The notes under the pieces: model-generated
What the model was told of the DNA's origin: nothing
Seen by the model: only the letters and a program-made list of their open reading frames with translations
Database searches by the model: none
Origin: Klebsormidium nitens
Taxonomy: Eukaryota; Plantae; Klebsormidiophyceae
Direction: 5' to 3'
DNA length: 51,897 nt
Assembly: GCA_000708835.1 (NCBI GenBank)
Contig: DF237557.1
Span: forward strand, 1-51,897
Shown: piece after piece, positions 35,501-49,000 of the stretch
How the letters are laid out: each line of letters opens with the position of its first letter
Position numbering within the stretch: position 1 is the first letter of the stretch
Program-made: the position numbers and the translations under genes

Positions 35501-36493
35501 TCGTCCTTTGATCCGGTCTTTTTTGCTGAAGAAAGACAGTACCATATTGGGCAACGTGCAAGTGCTGATTGCTTCGGGCGCAGGTCGATGTCGTCAAGTC
35601 GTTGTCCCCAGCCAACGACATAACGGCCCTTCGTCTTGATGATTGGCCTTCAGCGGCTCCCGCCCTGTGGAGTGTTTTCCGTTTCGTCTATTGGCAGGTT
35701 GACGCAGGAGATCCATCAAGGTGGGTGCTGCGTTTGCGTGTCAATCTTCTGCTGCGGCAGCCTTCGGAGGAATTTTTGTAGTCTCTCTGATCACCCTACG
35801 GCGCTTTCAATATGTCTCGCACGTCTGCAGGTGCGGACCCGGTTGCAGCTGTCGTCGAGCGGCAACAGGCGGGGAGCCCTGGCCACCGCCCGGCACATCG
35901 TCCAGGTGAGCACGTGCACCGGTAAAACCCACACTATCGCAACATCGTGTTTCACCTTCTTCGGCATGCCGTCAGAGAGTCCCGCTGTACGGAACAATCA
36001 CCTGTGTGGACGGACCAGGCGCCTTACTTACGCTGTCAACAATGTGCCGCTTCGCTTGCTGTACCTTTTCGTGATTCATCTCGTGTACGTCGTGATGTTT
36101 GCGCAGACAGAAGGAGTCTCGTCGCTGTTCGCCGGGATAACGCCGCGGGTCGCCAAACGCGCTATGCAGATGGCGCTCACATGGTGAGTCTCTGAAAACG
36201 CTGATTGGAAGGATCGACTTTCCTCGTCAAATATGGATCCGCTTCAATATCCACTCACAGAATCTCTTACAGAAAGGCCCTCTCAATTCGTGAAGAAGTT
36301 TATCAGTCAGTATAGTGATCTCGCTCACAAAATCTCTAAATGAGTGGCCACGCTGAACAGTGCCAGCCGGAGCGAACAATTGCTTTGAACGGTACCCCCT
36401 ATTTGCAGGTCTTTATACGAAGAGCTTACTCGAATCTTCGTGAAACGAAGCATATGGGGGTCCAAGGAAGTGGGAAGGCAGGGGGTCAGCTGA
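32531..36493 (+). CDS. Mitochondrial carrier, SLC25A38/Hem25-like (glycine carrier subfamily); 10 exons
   Basis: Exons 32531-32691, 33051-33108, 33496-33933, 34342-34420, 34747-34842, 35230-35277, 35435-35484, 35831-35905, 36107-36183, 36409-36493. Three Px[D/T]xx[K/R]T repeats (QPLDVIKT, CPVTVVKTRME, HPPDVVRTRLQ). Subfamily motifs LWRGTGPTVLRVGLGAGLYF, LLRDAPYSGLYL and RVAKRAMQMALTWSLYEEL. Confidence 0.88.
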
Positions 36494-38062
36494 CGTGTGA
36501 GCAATAATGACAATCTTTAGCATCGCTGAGCTGGGGTTGCAATCAGGAGTGCCGTTGACTGGGCGTGCTTAAAGAGTCTTAGCTTAAGCGCATTTCAACA
36601 GCGTTTTTCACAGACGGGTTCTTGATATAGAAAAGCTGAGTTTTTCATCAACTTTGATTGATCGTTGATCGTCATTGATTGTGTTCAACGTTCCGAAGTA
36701 AGATAAGCACCGTCCTTACATCTGTGTACGCATTATCATCTTTTATTTTGTCTTACCTGCAGGTAAGACAGATCATGATCATGATTGTACTTGGGCACCG
36801 CGCTCGATGTTTGGCCAGGCTCGAGCTAGCCGATCATAGATTTCAACCGTTGCATGACTAATTCCTACACATTGAGAACGCTTCGTGATCTATAAGTGCA
36901 CAATCATGCACATGGCAGCGCGGAGCGCTAATTAAGTTTGATCAGCATGCTGATGCACGTACTAAGACGGGTTATATAGACATCCCGCGGCGGCGTGCTT
37001 TGGGCACGTGCATGACGGGGCCCGGCTAGCTGGGCGCGCGCCAACAGGTAATCAATTTGTCAAAGACTCTGGTTCCAAAAAGTATTGAATGATACATGCA
37101 CACAACCTTTGAATTTAGTACGTAATTACGGTATGCATATGATTACGTACACGTACATGTGGTGCGGATCTCGAATAATATTCGCCATATACTTCTTATA
37201 TTTCGCGCGGTGCTAGCTAAATCTGATTTATATTTTTGGAGTATGATGCTGTACAGGCATCATAGTACGTGCGGTGATCATCATATTGAGGTCACCGAAT
37301 GTGCGAGTCGGACCTTCAGTATCATTCATTAATTGCATATGCATGATATTCATCGAAGTCGACTGCATGCAACGTAATGCGGCGCAAGTCAATTACTTAA
37401 TTTTGTACGTATCGCCGATACGCTGCGGCGCGCCCTGCTGTTCAATGGCTACATATGATGCTTATATGTGGTCCAACAACACGGGGCGCGGGTTGCATTT
37501 TCACTATATGTAGCTAGCTTCGCAATTACGTTAAAAGTATTCCAATTGTGCATGCATCATCGACTAAACCTTAACAATGCGGTGGACCGAACTTATTGGC
37601 ATTTTCAAATGATCAGCCCTAGCTAGTCGTCGAGCATGTGAGCTGTAGTATTGACTAGTATATATAGCGAGAAATTGCCTGCTCGAGATCTTCCGACGAT
37701 CCAATACTTCAATACTAAGCTCAGACCCGTGCATGCTGCGCCACATCATTGGCCATGGTGCCAGGATATTCATGACAATGGTAGACGGTTGCAAATAGGT
37801 AATACATACTTTTATTGCTTTAGTGTCCCTTTGACGCCAAGGCCTAGATTGATCTCGCAAGCTGATCAATGAAAGATACGTCGCAATAAATATGATTGCC
37901 GCCTCAAATCGATGATTGTATTTCTTTCAAGTTTTGTAGCGGCCTTTATCCGAGCTCCCGATAGCCTATACAAAATCCAAGCTCACATGACTGAATCTGA
38001 AGCTGAACTGAACGTGTTAGTTGCAACCACTAAATTGCAGCTTCTCACCAGAAACCCCGAGA

Positions 38063-39167
38063 TCAATCTGCAATTTCTGGGGAATACCCACTTTCTAGAA
38101 GCACCGCCAAAGGGTGAAAGATAGGATCAGGAATCTGGCCCCACTCTATCCAATGCCATCCTTCGCATTTGTCCTTCTCTAAAAGGAGGGCCGTTTGATC
38201 TTCCTTGTCTTCTTTGCCTCTCATGAAAATGGTGATATAGTGAGAAGGCTTCTGATCGTGTAGCCGAATGCTGGAAGACAGCAAAGGTGAGGCTTCACAA
38301 CAACACAACGAACAGAACGCAGGCAGGGCAAAACTACAAAAACACTACTGATTTGATTGATCAAGAAGTACTCAACATAGGAGACAGCATCAAGCAAGAG
38401 GCTGAGATCTTAATAAGATTGTCAATGAGGAGGATTGAGGGTGTGGTGGCATAAGAAATGTCAAGAAGCCCACCTGTTCGTGACCGATTCAAAGCGTAGC
38501 TTATGGATACTTAAGCCTGTCTCCTCCTCAACTTCACGAATAGCACATTCTTCCCAAGTTTCACCTGTTCATTGAACAAAGCAGATTACAACATATCAAG
38601 TGTGTGCACCACTGACACTATATAGGCACGATTTTTTGAACAAAACAGGAGACTACCTTCAAGTGGCAGAAAGAAGCACCCCCAGCTACATTAAGCAGAC
38701 AATCAATTTGATGAAAACTTCTCATTCTTGTTATACATGTGCATTCAGAGCTCCTTGTCAACCTGAGAAAGTTGAGGGCCTATGTTAACGCAGTTGCATA
38801 CCGAACTCCAAGTGCCCGCCCGGCAAAGCCCATGTACCACCACCATTTTGCCCGATGCGTTTGCCTACCAGGACCTTCCTGCAAAGAAGAGGCGAGCTGC
38901 AAAGCTTGAGATGGTGAAACTTTCTTCATCTTACGATTCACTGTGACGGAACTGTAGCTGCAGTGTTTGAACTCACTGATAGCCTCACCAGTAGCAAGGC
39001 AGTTGACAAACTACAAAACAGCCTGATTGCAGCTCAAGGAGAATCTGTGACAAGACGCAGTGACTGGTCAAGCAAGGCACTCCTGTGACCCACCTGCCTC
39101 TGAATATAAGCACACCAACACCAACTCTGGGGACTCTCAGCTCCGCTGCTTCATTGTGAGCTGCCAT
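38063..39167 (-). CDS. NUDT1: Nudix hydrolase, plant NUDT1/NUDX1 / NUDT15-like; 4 exons
   Basis: Exons 39167-39094, 38878-38802, 38564-38474, 38270-38063. Motifs [40 protein letters not shown] (intact Nudix box), SHYITIFM and EKDKCEGWHWIEW..IPDPIFHPL. Confidence 0.9.
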
Positions 39168-39433
39168 GAAGTTCTGGAAGTTGAGTTGACTCTTGGACGC
39201 TCTCCGGAAGCTCAAGCTATAACAGCAGATTCTGTGAGCCGTGTGGTGAACAAACACTTCTGCCTAGACTTGGCAAAAGATAGAGAAGGGGAATGGTCAA
39301 AGCTTCTTGCTGTCTGCGTCTGAAATAACCAACACCTGTTGACAAGATCTGCTGCCACTAAGTACTGGCACTGGCGAGTGCCTGGCAGCTCTTGAACCTG
39401 AACTTGAAGTTGATCGGCTATAAGCCCATGAAA

Positions 39434-39611
39434 CTCAAGAAAAATAATAGTAAGCCCAGATAATAGTAAGGTAACCGCACTGTGACGGGTAGGGTTAGTA
39501 TGGTGGCTAGGGTGGGTACGGGTGGGGAGCGGGTGTTTCATTTAAGGTTAGGGTTTTTAGTGTTAGTCGGAGCTTACTATTATCTTGGCTTTAACTATTG
39601 TCTTTCTTGAG
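39434..39611. mobile_element. Small inverted-repeat (MITE-like) element B with G-rich/telomere-like core, in the NUDT1-SMC6 divergent promoter
   Basis: About 37-bp imperfect terminal inverted repeats (CTCAAGAAAAATAATAGTAAGCCCAGATAATAGTAAG, 39434-39470, versus 39573-39611). They flank a core with seven GGG runs plus GGTTAGGGTTTTTAG. Confidence 0.6.
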
Positions 39612-40088
39612 AGTTATTGAAAGCCCACCGGGCGCCTGAGGCTGTAGCATGTAAAACCTGCGGGCGCATGCCGGCCGCGAATGAGATTCAGGTGTGCGCG
39701 GCGGCCGCCCAATGTTGAAGAATTTGGCGGGAGCACAAGCGAATGCATACCGTACGATACAACCACGACCTGATTGTATCCGTCAGATTGCCTGTGTTGT
39801 GCGATGAAGTTTGAACGCTTGAGCTCGACCTTGATCAACATCAAAGTTCGTTCGTCGAGAGATCTCTTGCCATTGACATTTTCATTGGCGGCTCAGCCAA
39901 AAGGAAGCTCCATGGCAGCATGCAGCAGTGCATTGAGCTGAGCAGAATTCGAGGACGAGTTGCAGTACGGGGCCTTAGCTAGGAAGCAGCATTTCTTTTT
40001 GGGAAGATAAGCTTAGTGCTTAGAACGCGCTTCGAGGATACTAGGCAATAACCTTGCGGTATCTGAAAGGCATCATTGAGTCTCTTGC

Positions 40089-43000
40089 ATGGGAAGAGGT
40101 GGGTTGAGAGACATGGACAATGATATTGACAGCGGTGAGGAGGAAAACCCCGGGTCTGCGCGCAGGATGGCTGGAGGAGACGTGGAAAGGATCACGGCGG
40201 GGCCGATTTTGGAGATAGTGATGGAGAACTTCATGTGCCACTCAAACACGAAAGTGGAATTGAGTCCCCGGGTCAACTTCATCACAGGGCAGAACGGAAG
40301 TGCGTGTCCTCTCTACAAATTTCTAATCAACAAACTAGTTTCCTGGGACTGCAACCAAATGTTTTGAGCAGTCAGAAGACTACAAATTTAAGATCGTAAG
40401 GCGTCAGTGGCAGGCAAATGCAGAGCAGACATGGCCTACTGCCGAAGCAGAATGCAACGAGGCAGATTGCCTGCCAAAGCAGGTTCTTTGAAATCTTCTG
40501 CAACTAGTACCTCCAAGCACCTGCTGAAGTCTCACTTCAGACAGCGTCGACAAATTAGTCGTGCCATTTTGAGGATCCTTGTCGTGTTTGAAGTCAGAGT
40601 TGACTGTTTTCTCAGCAAGCCTTCGCATGTCAACCACGCCCTCACAAACATATGCATCTCTCTTGCTGATTGACGACATGCAATTTTAAGAGTGCTGTAG
40701 TAACCTTCAAGTGCCTTGCCCGTTTGTGTCTTTCAAGTCATTGGGGATTTGCTGTGCAGGTGGCAAGAGCGCCATACTTACTGCCATATGCGTAACATTT
40801 GGAGCAAGTGCCAAGAACACACAGAGGGCCTCTTCCGCGAAGGACTTCATCAAGAATGGGGAGCAGTAAGCAGTGCCATCATACACGTCGTGACACATGA
40901 ACCTGCTATGGAGTGCACGTGCTACTTTGAAGCTGACAGCTCTCATGCGTCTGTCCATGGTGGCACACTTTTCTTCGTTGGTTGTAACCACTGATTGCGA
41001 GCCCCATGCCTTTTGTTTTTGACCACACTACTGCATTGCAGGTACTTCAAGGTGACCGTGGTGCTCATGAATGAAGGCGAGGACGCTTACCAGCACCATC
41101 TATTTGGAGACAGGATTATCATAGAGCGTCAAGTGACTGCCGCAGGATCCAGCGGGTTCAAGCTCAAAAGCTCTGCTGGTAAGAAAGTCCCTTCACGTCC
41201 CACTGCCTGCGTATCCAATGCCGCGGGGCCACTTGCAAATATCCTCCCCTTGCAGGCCTTGCAAGTCATATCAGCCTAAAGTTTGAAGGCTGACTGCCTT
41301 GTCAGCATTTTGTTTCAAGCAAACGGCAAAAGTCCTGTCTTAGAACGCTGAACATTTCAAAAACTGTAATATTGCAGGCAAGATCGTGTACACCAAGCGG
41401 GACGAGCTTGACAAGATGGTTGACCATTTCAATGTAAGTGCAATGTACAATTGCTTCTTTTTGTTGCATCAAAAGTAGGTGCGAATCTTCCACAGCTAAG
41501 CGAGAAAGGGTGAAATCCAAAACGTTTCTAGGTGAGGGCTTGCTTGAAATTCTGTAAGCAATCTGCCTGATTGGATGCTTCCCAGGGTGTAGCTTTCCGT
41601 GTTCTTTGTTTCCAAAGCCCCATCAACTGTCTAAGACATTCTCCTATGCCTTTCTGGGCAGATAAACGTGGAGAATCCCTGTACTGTGATGAGCCAGGAC
41701 AAAGTCAAGCAATTTCTGCACACCGGCAGCGCAACTGACCGCTACAAGGTGGGCATAACGGTGCTTTGCAGACTGTTGAGTGTTCTTGCAATTTAGTCTA
41801 GCAAGTGTTCCGCCAACTGAAAAGGGCGCAGGCATTAGTTTATTGAAATGCATCTGCTGACAACTAGGTGACTGATTGCCTGCCTTGGCAGCGAGTTGGT
41901 TTGTTTGTTTTGTAACTTGTTGATCGGATAGCGTCAACTTGTTGATCGGATAGCGTCAGCTCATTCACCCTTCAATTTGAAGCATTTCATTGCTTGGAGC
42001 CACAGATCTTGCAGGCTGAGGGCCGTGATTGACGCTGCCTCTTTTGCCTCCAGTATTACTTCAGCGCCACGATGCTGGAGGGCGTGAGCGACCAGCTGCG
42101 CACAGTTACGGGCATGGTACAGGAAGCAGAGGCGATTCTGGAGGAGCGGAAGCGCGACCTGGTGCCGCTGAAGCGCGAGTGGGAGGCGACGGAGGCGGTG
42201 CTCAAGGAGGCGGAGCAGATCAAGGACCTGCAGGACGAGCTGGCGCGCCTGACCGTCAACTACGCGTGGTCCTGGGTCTACAAGGTGGACGCCAGCATCG
42301 CGGAGGCGGAGGCCACGGTGGATGACATCACGAACAACAAGGTGCCCGTCATCGGCCAGAAAATTGCCGAGGCGCAGGTGAGACCGTCTGATGCTCCCGG
42401 TTGACGCTACCTGCTGATGCTGATGTGCCTGGGGCCACTTTTCGTCAGATAAGGTACATCAGATAATGATAGTCTCACTTCGGCGACGAACTCTTGAGGA
42501 AGAGGGCAACTGCGTTCAAGGTGAATTACGTTCTTGGAAATTGTGTTCTGCTCTTTGGATACAGTGACGAGAATAGGACCTAGTGATCCGAAAGCTCAGT
42601 AGTTGAGAGTTGACAGATTGCATGGCTTGATAACATACGGCTCAAAAAACCAATTCAGGTGCAAGACCGCCCAACCCTTGAAGCGCACCCCTAAATACAT
42701 GCATGAGAATATTGTAAACGGACTTATGTTATTGCCTTTTTTCCAGGCCAATCTTGACGTTGCAAAGGCGGCTCTCGAAGAAAAGAAAGCATCTTCTGGC
42801 GACACAGACGAGACGGACCGTCTCCGAGACGAGAAGGCCAGGCTGGAAGGGGAACTGAAGGCGGTGAGTATTCTGACCTTGCTTCTGTACACCAAGACTC
42901 GGTCACTCAAGCATAGTCCAGAGTCACCAATCCACTGCCACGTGAAGTCGTTCGTCCAGACCCTGCCCATCGTGTGGCCTTGAGGGTTCCTTGTAGTTTG

Positions 43001-46000
43001 ATTGAGGAGGCAAATTGTCTCATGTGCCACGCGAGTGCCTGTCTCAGGCGAGGCAATGCACCAGCGTGCGTGGGCAGGGCTTTGTGGTGGGCTTCAGGAG
43101 GGTCCAGCACTCACATAAACGGGCTTTTCCGAACTTGCAGACGTACCAGCAGCAAGCGAGCGCCCAGAGTGAGATCAAGCGGGCACAGACGGACATAGCC
43201 CATCTGGCGAGACGGCGGCAGGACCTGGAGCGGTCCATGCAGCAGGCGCGGGACAAGATGGAGCAGCAGACACAGGCAGAGACGTCGGAGAGGGATCGCG
43301 AGATTGCGGAGAAGAGGGCCCAGATTGACGCCGCGCAACACACGTTACAGGAGTGAGTCAAAACGCTCGAACAGATAGGGGAACGACAGGGACACTCGCC
43401 ATGACAGCACTTGGTAGATGCAAACGTTCCCTACTCATGGACAGGAAGCACGAGGCCAACTGATCATCGACCGGTGGGTCCGTTGTTGCAGGATCGAGGC
43501 CAGAGAAACTGAGGCAACGGAGGCAGCATATGCAAAGCGACAGGAGATGCAGGCCTTTGGCCCCCAGGTAAAAGCAAGCATAGTCCTATGTTCTGATTCC
43601 TTGCTGCGCCAAGATCATCAATCTAGATCTGCCACCTCCTTACGACCGAATCATCTTGTTTCGAGATGTTTCATAATGCCGTCTGAGCTTAGCTTTGTAT
43701 CTGTGTGTCCGCATTTAAAAGTGCATCCTGTTGCAGAAAGGGGAGCTGGAGCAGAGACTCAACGATGCCAACGGCTACTTGCGGCGACTCAATTCACAAC
43801 AAAAGAATGCGGTGCGTGACTCCAGCTTGTAATCTCAGAATCTTTCTCTCGAGGTTGTCAGGCGATTGCTTCTTGAGGGTGACGCTCCGTGTTGATCAGG
43901 TCTTTACGAAGTGCCTCAGCTTCTCCTGGACTCAGATCGGGTCACATATCAGAGTTGAATGGGTGATGGATTTCTCGCTTTCGGCCGTAGTTCGCCCACT
44001 GCGGGGTGACCTGCTATGCTTTCTAGTCAACAGTGAGGTATCCCATCTCGCTGGTCGCTTGCCTGACCTCTTCTGGCCTGATCTTTACAGGAAACGGCTT
44101 TTGGAGACAAAGTGCCGCAGCTGAAAGCCGCAATCCAGCGGAAGCGTCGCAATTTTTCACGTGAACCAATCGGTCCCATTGGGGCAGAGCTGGTAAGTCG
44201 ATTGGCAGAGCGTGGCCTCCTGATGGATCTGATGTCGATCGACTTCTCTGGTTGCCCTTCTTAAGCTTGCGAGGCAAAACCTGTCGCTTCGACCAAAAAC
44301 AGAACTTCCAATTAAGCACTTCTGCTGGCGCAGAGCTTGACGGACGACAAGTGGAAGATCCCGGTGGAGGAGTGCGCAGGCAAAGTGTTCAACAACTTCA
44401 TCGTCAACAGCTTCGAGGACATGAAGCTGCTCAAGCAGTGCGCCAAGGAGGCCAACACCTTCGTCAACGTCGTCATCTACAACTTCGACCACGCCCCGTA
44501 AGCCCTCCCCGACATTGCATTGAAGCATTTTGATCAATTACGGAAGGACCGAGTCTGATCCTGGCGGAGCACGGGCAGTAAAGTCACCGATTTGGATACT
44601 CTGTCCAGGAATGTTCCCAGGCTCTGGTGTGAGGCGTCAATACAATGGCAAGGCTCACTTTCTGTCCGCCCCCTTTGCTCAGGTACGCCCCGAGGCCCGA
44701 CCAGCTGCCGGACGCCCGCCTGCTCACAATACGTCACGTGCTGCAGACTGGCAACCACACGGTCATGAACGTGCTCATGGACCAGGTAAGAGCTGCAAAC
44801 CACTGACTGGCGATATAAGTCCACATATAAGTCCACTTGGCAAGCGGTTCTTGGGACGGCAAAAAATCGCCGTTTGCAGCTCGAGTCCTTCAATCACGTC
44901 AGTGTGTACGTCAGCTCATTGAGTCTTCTAGAGCTAGCACTGGATTGGATGTGTCGAGAGCCTGGAGTTTGATCGGTTATTTCTTGTACTGGAAGCCGAA
45001 GCTGCATGTGCTGGCTTGGCTTCGAAGCATCATTCTGACGATCGTTCTTTCCTGTGCGACGCCTGCAGTGTAGCATCGAGAGCGTGGTGCTGGCGGAGTC
45101 GTACGAGCAGGCCAAGGCGGTGGCCTTCACGCCGGGCAACAAAGTGAAGGAGGCCTACCTCGCAGACGGAACCAAGAGGTGCGCCGGGCGGCAACCTTCT
45201 CGTCCGTAGCTCCTGGCAGCATCTTACTCGAGACAACAGATTGTACTGGCTGCTTGATTCTGTTGAGGGAAGACCCGAAGCGAAGAAAAGCTGCCCTGCA
45301 GCATAGAAAACATCAAGGAGAGGACGAGGTTTGAGAGACGGAGGATTTTTTGTTTTGTCTAGACTAATTCGCTTATCTTATGGCAATTGATTGGAAGGCG
45401 CCTTCTCGAACTGCTTCGATAACATGAAGGACGAGGTCAGGCATGGGAGCGATCCCTTGAAGCCCTCCCAGCTTTGCTGAAGCGGAGTTTGTAAGTCTCT
45501 GACAACAGCTTGTAAGAACTTTGTCCAAGCAGTGGCTTAGCATTAGATGCAAGCGTTGTTCTGGCAGGCCCTGTGGGCCCTTCGAGTGTTTACCCCCCTG
45601 CTGCTGCGTGGCTGCAGTTTTCTGCGGGGTCAGAGTGAGACGACGCAGTCGTACAACCCCCAGACGTCGCGCCCACCGCGGCTGGGCGTGGATGTGCGCG
45701 AGCAGGCGCGCCAGGTGCAGGCCACCGCGCGGCAGCTCAAGGAGGAGCTCGACCAGCTCGTACAGCAGCAGCGGGGCCTGAACGACCAGTGCAACGAAGC
45801 GGAGAAGCTCGTGGCGGCGGTGAAGGTAAGGGGCGCGCCCGCAAGCCAGCGCTAGGGGGCATCCAACAAAATCTTGATGTCGAGCATTTGGCTATTTAAG
45901 CTTTTGAGGCTCCAAAGTCTGCAGCAACTTGACCTCGCCAGAATTTCACTTCCAGGATTCGAAAATAGGAACGAAAGCTATGTCTTCGTGTTTGTTGAGC

Positions 46001-49000
46001 AATCCATCCGCATGGCGCGATTGTCTCAGCCTGTGCTGGCTTTGTTTGCAGAGAGAGAAGGCGAAGGCGCTGCAGGCGGTGAACGGGCTGGAGCGCGACC
46101 TGTCGACCATCGAACGGGCGGCCAAGGCTGCAGTGGACGCAGCCAAGGCCACGCCCGAGGACGAAGGTGCAGAGCTGGAGGAGGAGCTGGCGGTAAGTCA
46201 CGCGAGCAAGGCAGGCAGGCTGTATGCAACACTTGCTGCTCCTCTTCGGGGTCAGGATGCGTGTGTGTCGCGAACAACTCCGGGATGCTCTGCAACAAAA
46301 CTTTGGAGGGGCTGGTCGCGACGGCCCCCCTGTCCGACCAAGTGCGCTCCTCTTTACCAGCGCCATCGAGACATGCACCCCCAGCAGAAGCTCGGCGGTT
46401 ACAAGCTATCCTGGAGTCGTCATCTTAACCACGTCCCCAGGTGAACAGTGGTTGCTCACATAGTGAGCGTTCGTGAGACCGCACCACGTTCTGGCCCCTG
46501 CTCGTATACTGACGCCCCTACGTGGGTGGCGTGCAGACGATCGACGCGGATCGGGCGGAGCTGGAGGCGCCGCTGCCGGACCTGCAGCGGCAAGCCGCGG
46601 AGGCAGCAGACAAGACGCGGCAGCTCAAGCAGGACCTGGCAGCGCTCACCGGTGAGGGCCCGCCCTTTGCGCCCTCTGATGGTTTCGAAGAGTCCGGCAT
46701 TCGCGTCGTACGGTAGAGCAAGGAAGGCGCAGGAGTCCGCAAGACCGCATGCCAGTGGTGGACTGGGTGGTTTTCGGGTGCCCTTTAGGCACCCTAAAAC
46801 CCTAAAACATAAAAATGTGGTGCAGACCTAGCTTTAGCAGCAAGATAAGGAAACCTGCCTTTAAGAGTGACGGGGCTGTGATGAACTGTGCCACAATTGA
46901 TGACTGCACTTCTGGTCTGCGCACCTCGAGCGACCCGTCGCCCTTGTTATCCAAGACTTAAACGGAGGATTCATCACATGCGCACCAGTCTCGCTCGCTG
47001 AGGCCCTCCAGGAAGGTGCCACGTCGAAGTGCAATCTGTTGATGACTCTGGCTCCTGTCTTTTGCAGAGAAAGCCACTGCGTTTGCGGACGCCGCGGAGG
47101 AGGCTCTCCGAGAGATCTACACCGCAGAGAAAGAGGTCAAGAAAGCCGAAAAGGTGCCCGCCACACGCGCCTCGTCGAGCTTGTCGCTGACAGAGCCCGA
47201 CTTAGGCTTCCGTCTGATTGCCTCTGGAGATCCGAGATTCGAACCCTCGACAGCAGTCTTTTCTTGCTCATAAAGGAAAAGCTGTATCTTCATCTACTAC
47301 GAGAGCAATATATACCCTCCTCCAAACCAGCTGCTCGTGGCTGATGGAGAGATGTTAGTGGTGCCTGACTGGCGGGGCGGGCCGTGTGTGTGCAGGCTGT
47401 GGAGCACTACCAGCAGCTGCTGCCGGGCCTGAACCGCGACCTGGAGGCCGCAGAAGCCAAGGTCGCGCAGGAGAAGGCCAGCAGAGAGGTAAGGCCCGCC
47501 CCCCGCAAGCACTCAGGATCACAGAGGCCTAAAATGAGGCAGTGTGCAGTTGGTTCCCATGAAGGTGTGTCCGCCATTTTGCCCACAAGTTGCTCGTTTT
47601 GATTGCAAGTGGTTCAGGCCGTTCCATTGTCAAGCATCCGAACGTGATGATTGAAAGCCTGATCTGTACTTGACGTTTGATAGCCTGATTTGTGGTTGCA
47701 ACTTGTAAGTAAGCGCCCCGCTTCCGGTGGGCGTGGAGGTCAAACGTGCACCCTGGGGCCCGCTGTCTTTCAAGACCTCGGAACATGTCCACAAGCCGGT
47801 ACTGACCTGTTGTTGCTGTGCAGCAAATCCTGCCGCAAGCTGAGGAGCTGTGCCCCGAGAGCGACGTGACGGAGCGGTTCACCAACCCGGACAAGGTGAA
47901 GGCCAAGATGGACCGCATGGACAAGAAGATCAAGGCGCAGGAAGCGAGGTGACCACCGCCGCCACTCAACTTAACGAGACAGCCGCACAGGCGTTGTCTG
48001 AGGCGCTGCCCTCGTCGTACAAGCAATAGTAGTCCTTCTGAAGAGCATTCGACTCGACGGACATCTAGCCGCGCCCAGTGCTAGCTGCGGTGGAGGACAC
48101 GTAGGCGAGAAGGAGCTTCTGTGTATCAGGATCTTGCTTGCATCTGACGTCCCAACTTCGCCCTCGAAAGCTATTCCTTGATGCCACACAGTCATTGCCG
48201 GCTTTTGTCTTTACCTTTCGTTGGCCGTCGCCGTCGAAGTTTGCAGGAGAAATTGTTGCAGAGTGCGCAGCGTGTATCTCAAACTGGAAGGCTGACATCG
48301 GTGTGACCGGTGGTGCGTGCAGGAACGGCGGCACCCTGGACGAGCTGCACAAGCGGTGCAAGCGGGCCCAGAAGAAGTTCGTGCGCCTCAAAAAGTCGAT
48401 CGACAACGTGGCCGCTCCGCTCCAGGTAACACCCCCACCTAGCAACCCGCAACCGCTGCTTGTCGGTCAAGACGGGGAAGCATGTGCTGGTCATGGTAGC
48501 CTCCGGCAGTGTGTACCCCGGCACTGCATTGAGCAATATCCCGCAATGATTGGTGCTGCCTGGGGTCACTGCACAAATGCATGCCCGAGTCTTGTGCCTG
48601 CCTGACGTGTAGGGTGGCTGGCACACGCTCTCTGACTGCAAGAGGTGAGCAGGAACGTATGCAGGTCCGGCCCGAAGGCTTGAATGGGTCGTCATATTGT
48701 TCTACTATCTCAAACATGCTTTCCGTGTACAGACGCTTCAAGAGGGGCTAAGAAAACGGCAGAAAAAGCTGAGCAAAAACGCCAAGCTGTACAAGCAGGA
48801 GATCAGCTGGAGGTGAGGCTGTGCTCTTGGGGTTGAGCAGCCGGGAAACCACGGCGCTGGCCCCGCCTGCCTCTCATGCGTGTGCTCTTTGACGCAGACA
48901 ATACAAGACATGTTTGAGGCGAGGATGAAAGCTTTCAAGAGATTGCGGAAGCGAACCGCCTTCAAGTTGCAACTCAAGTAAGTGCTTAATCAAGGGGGGG

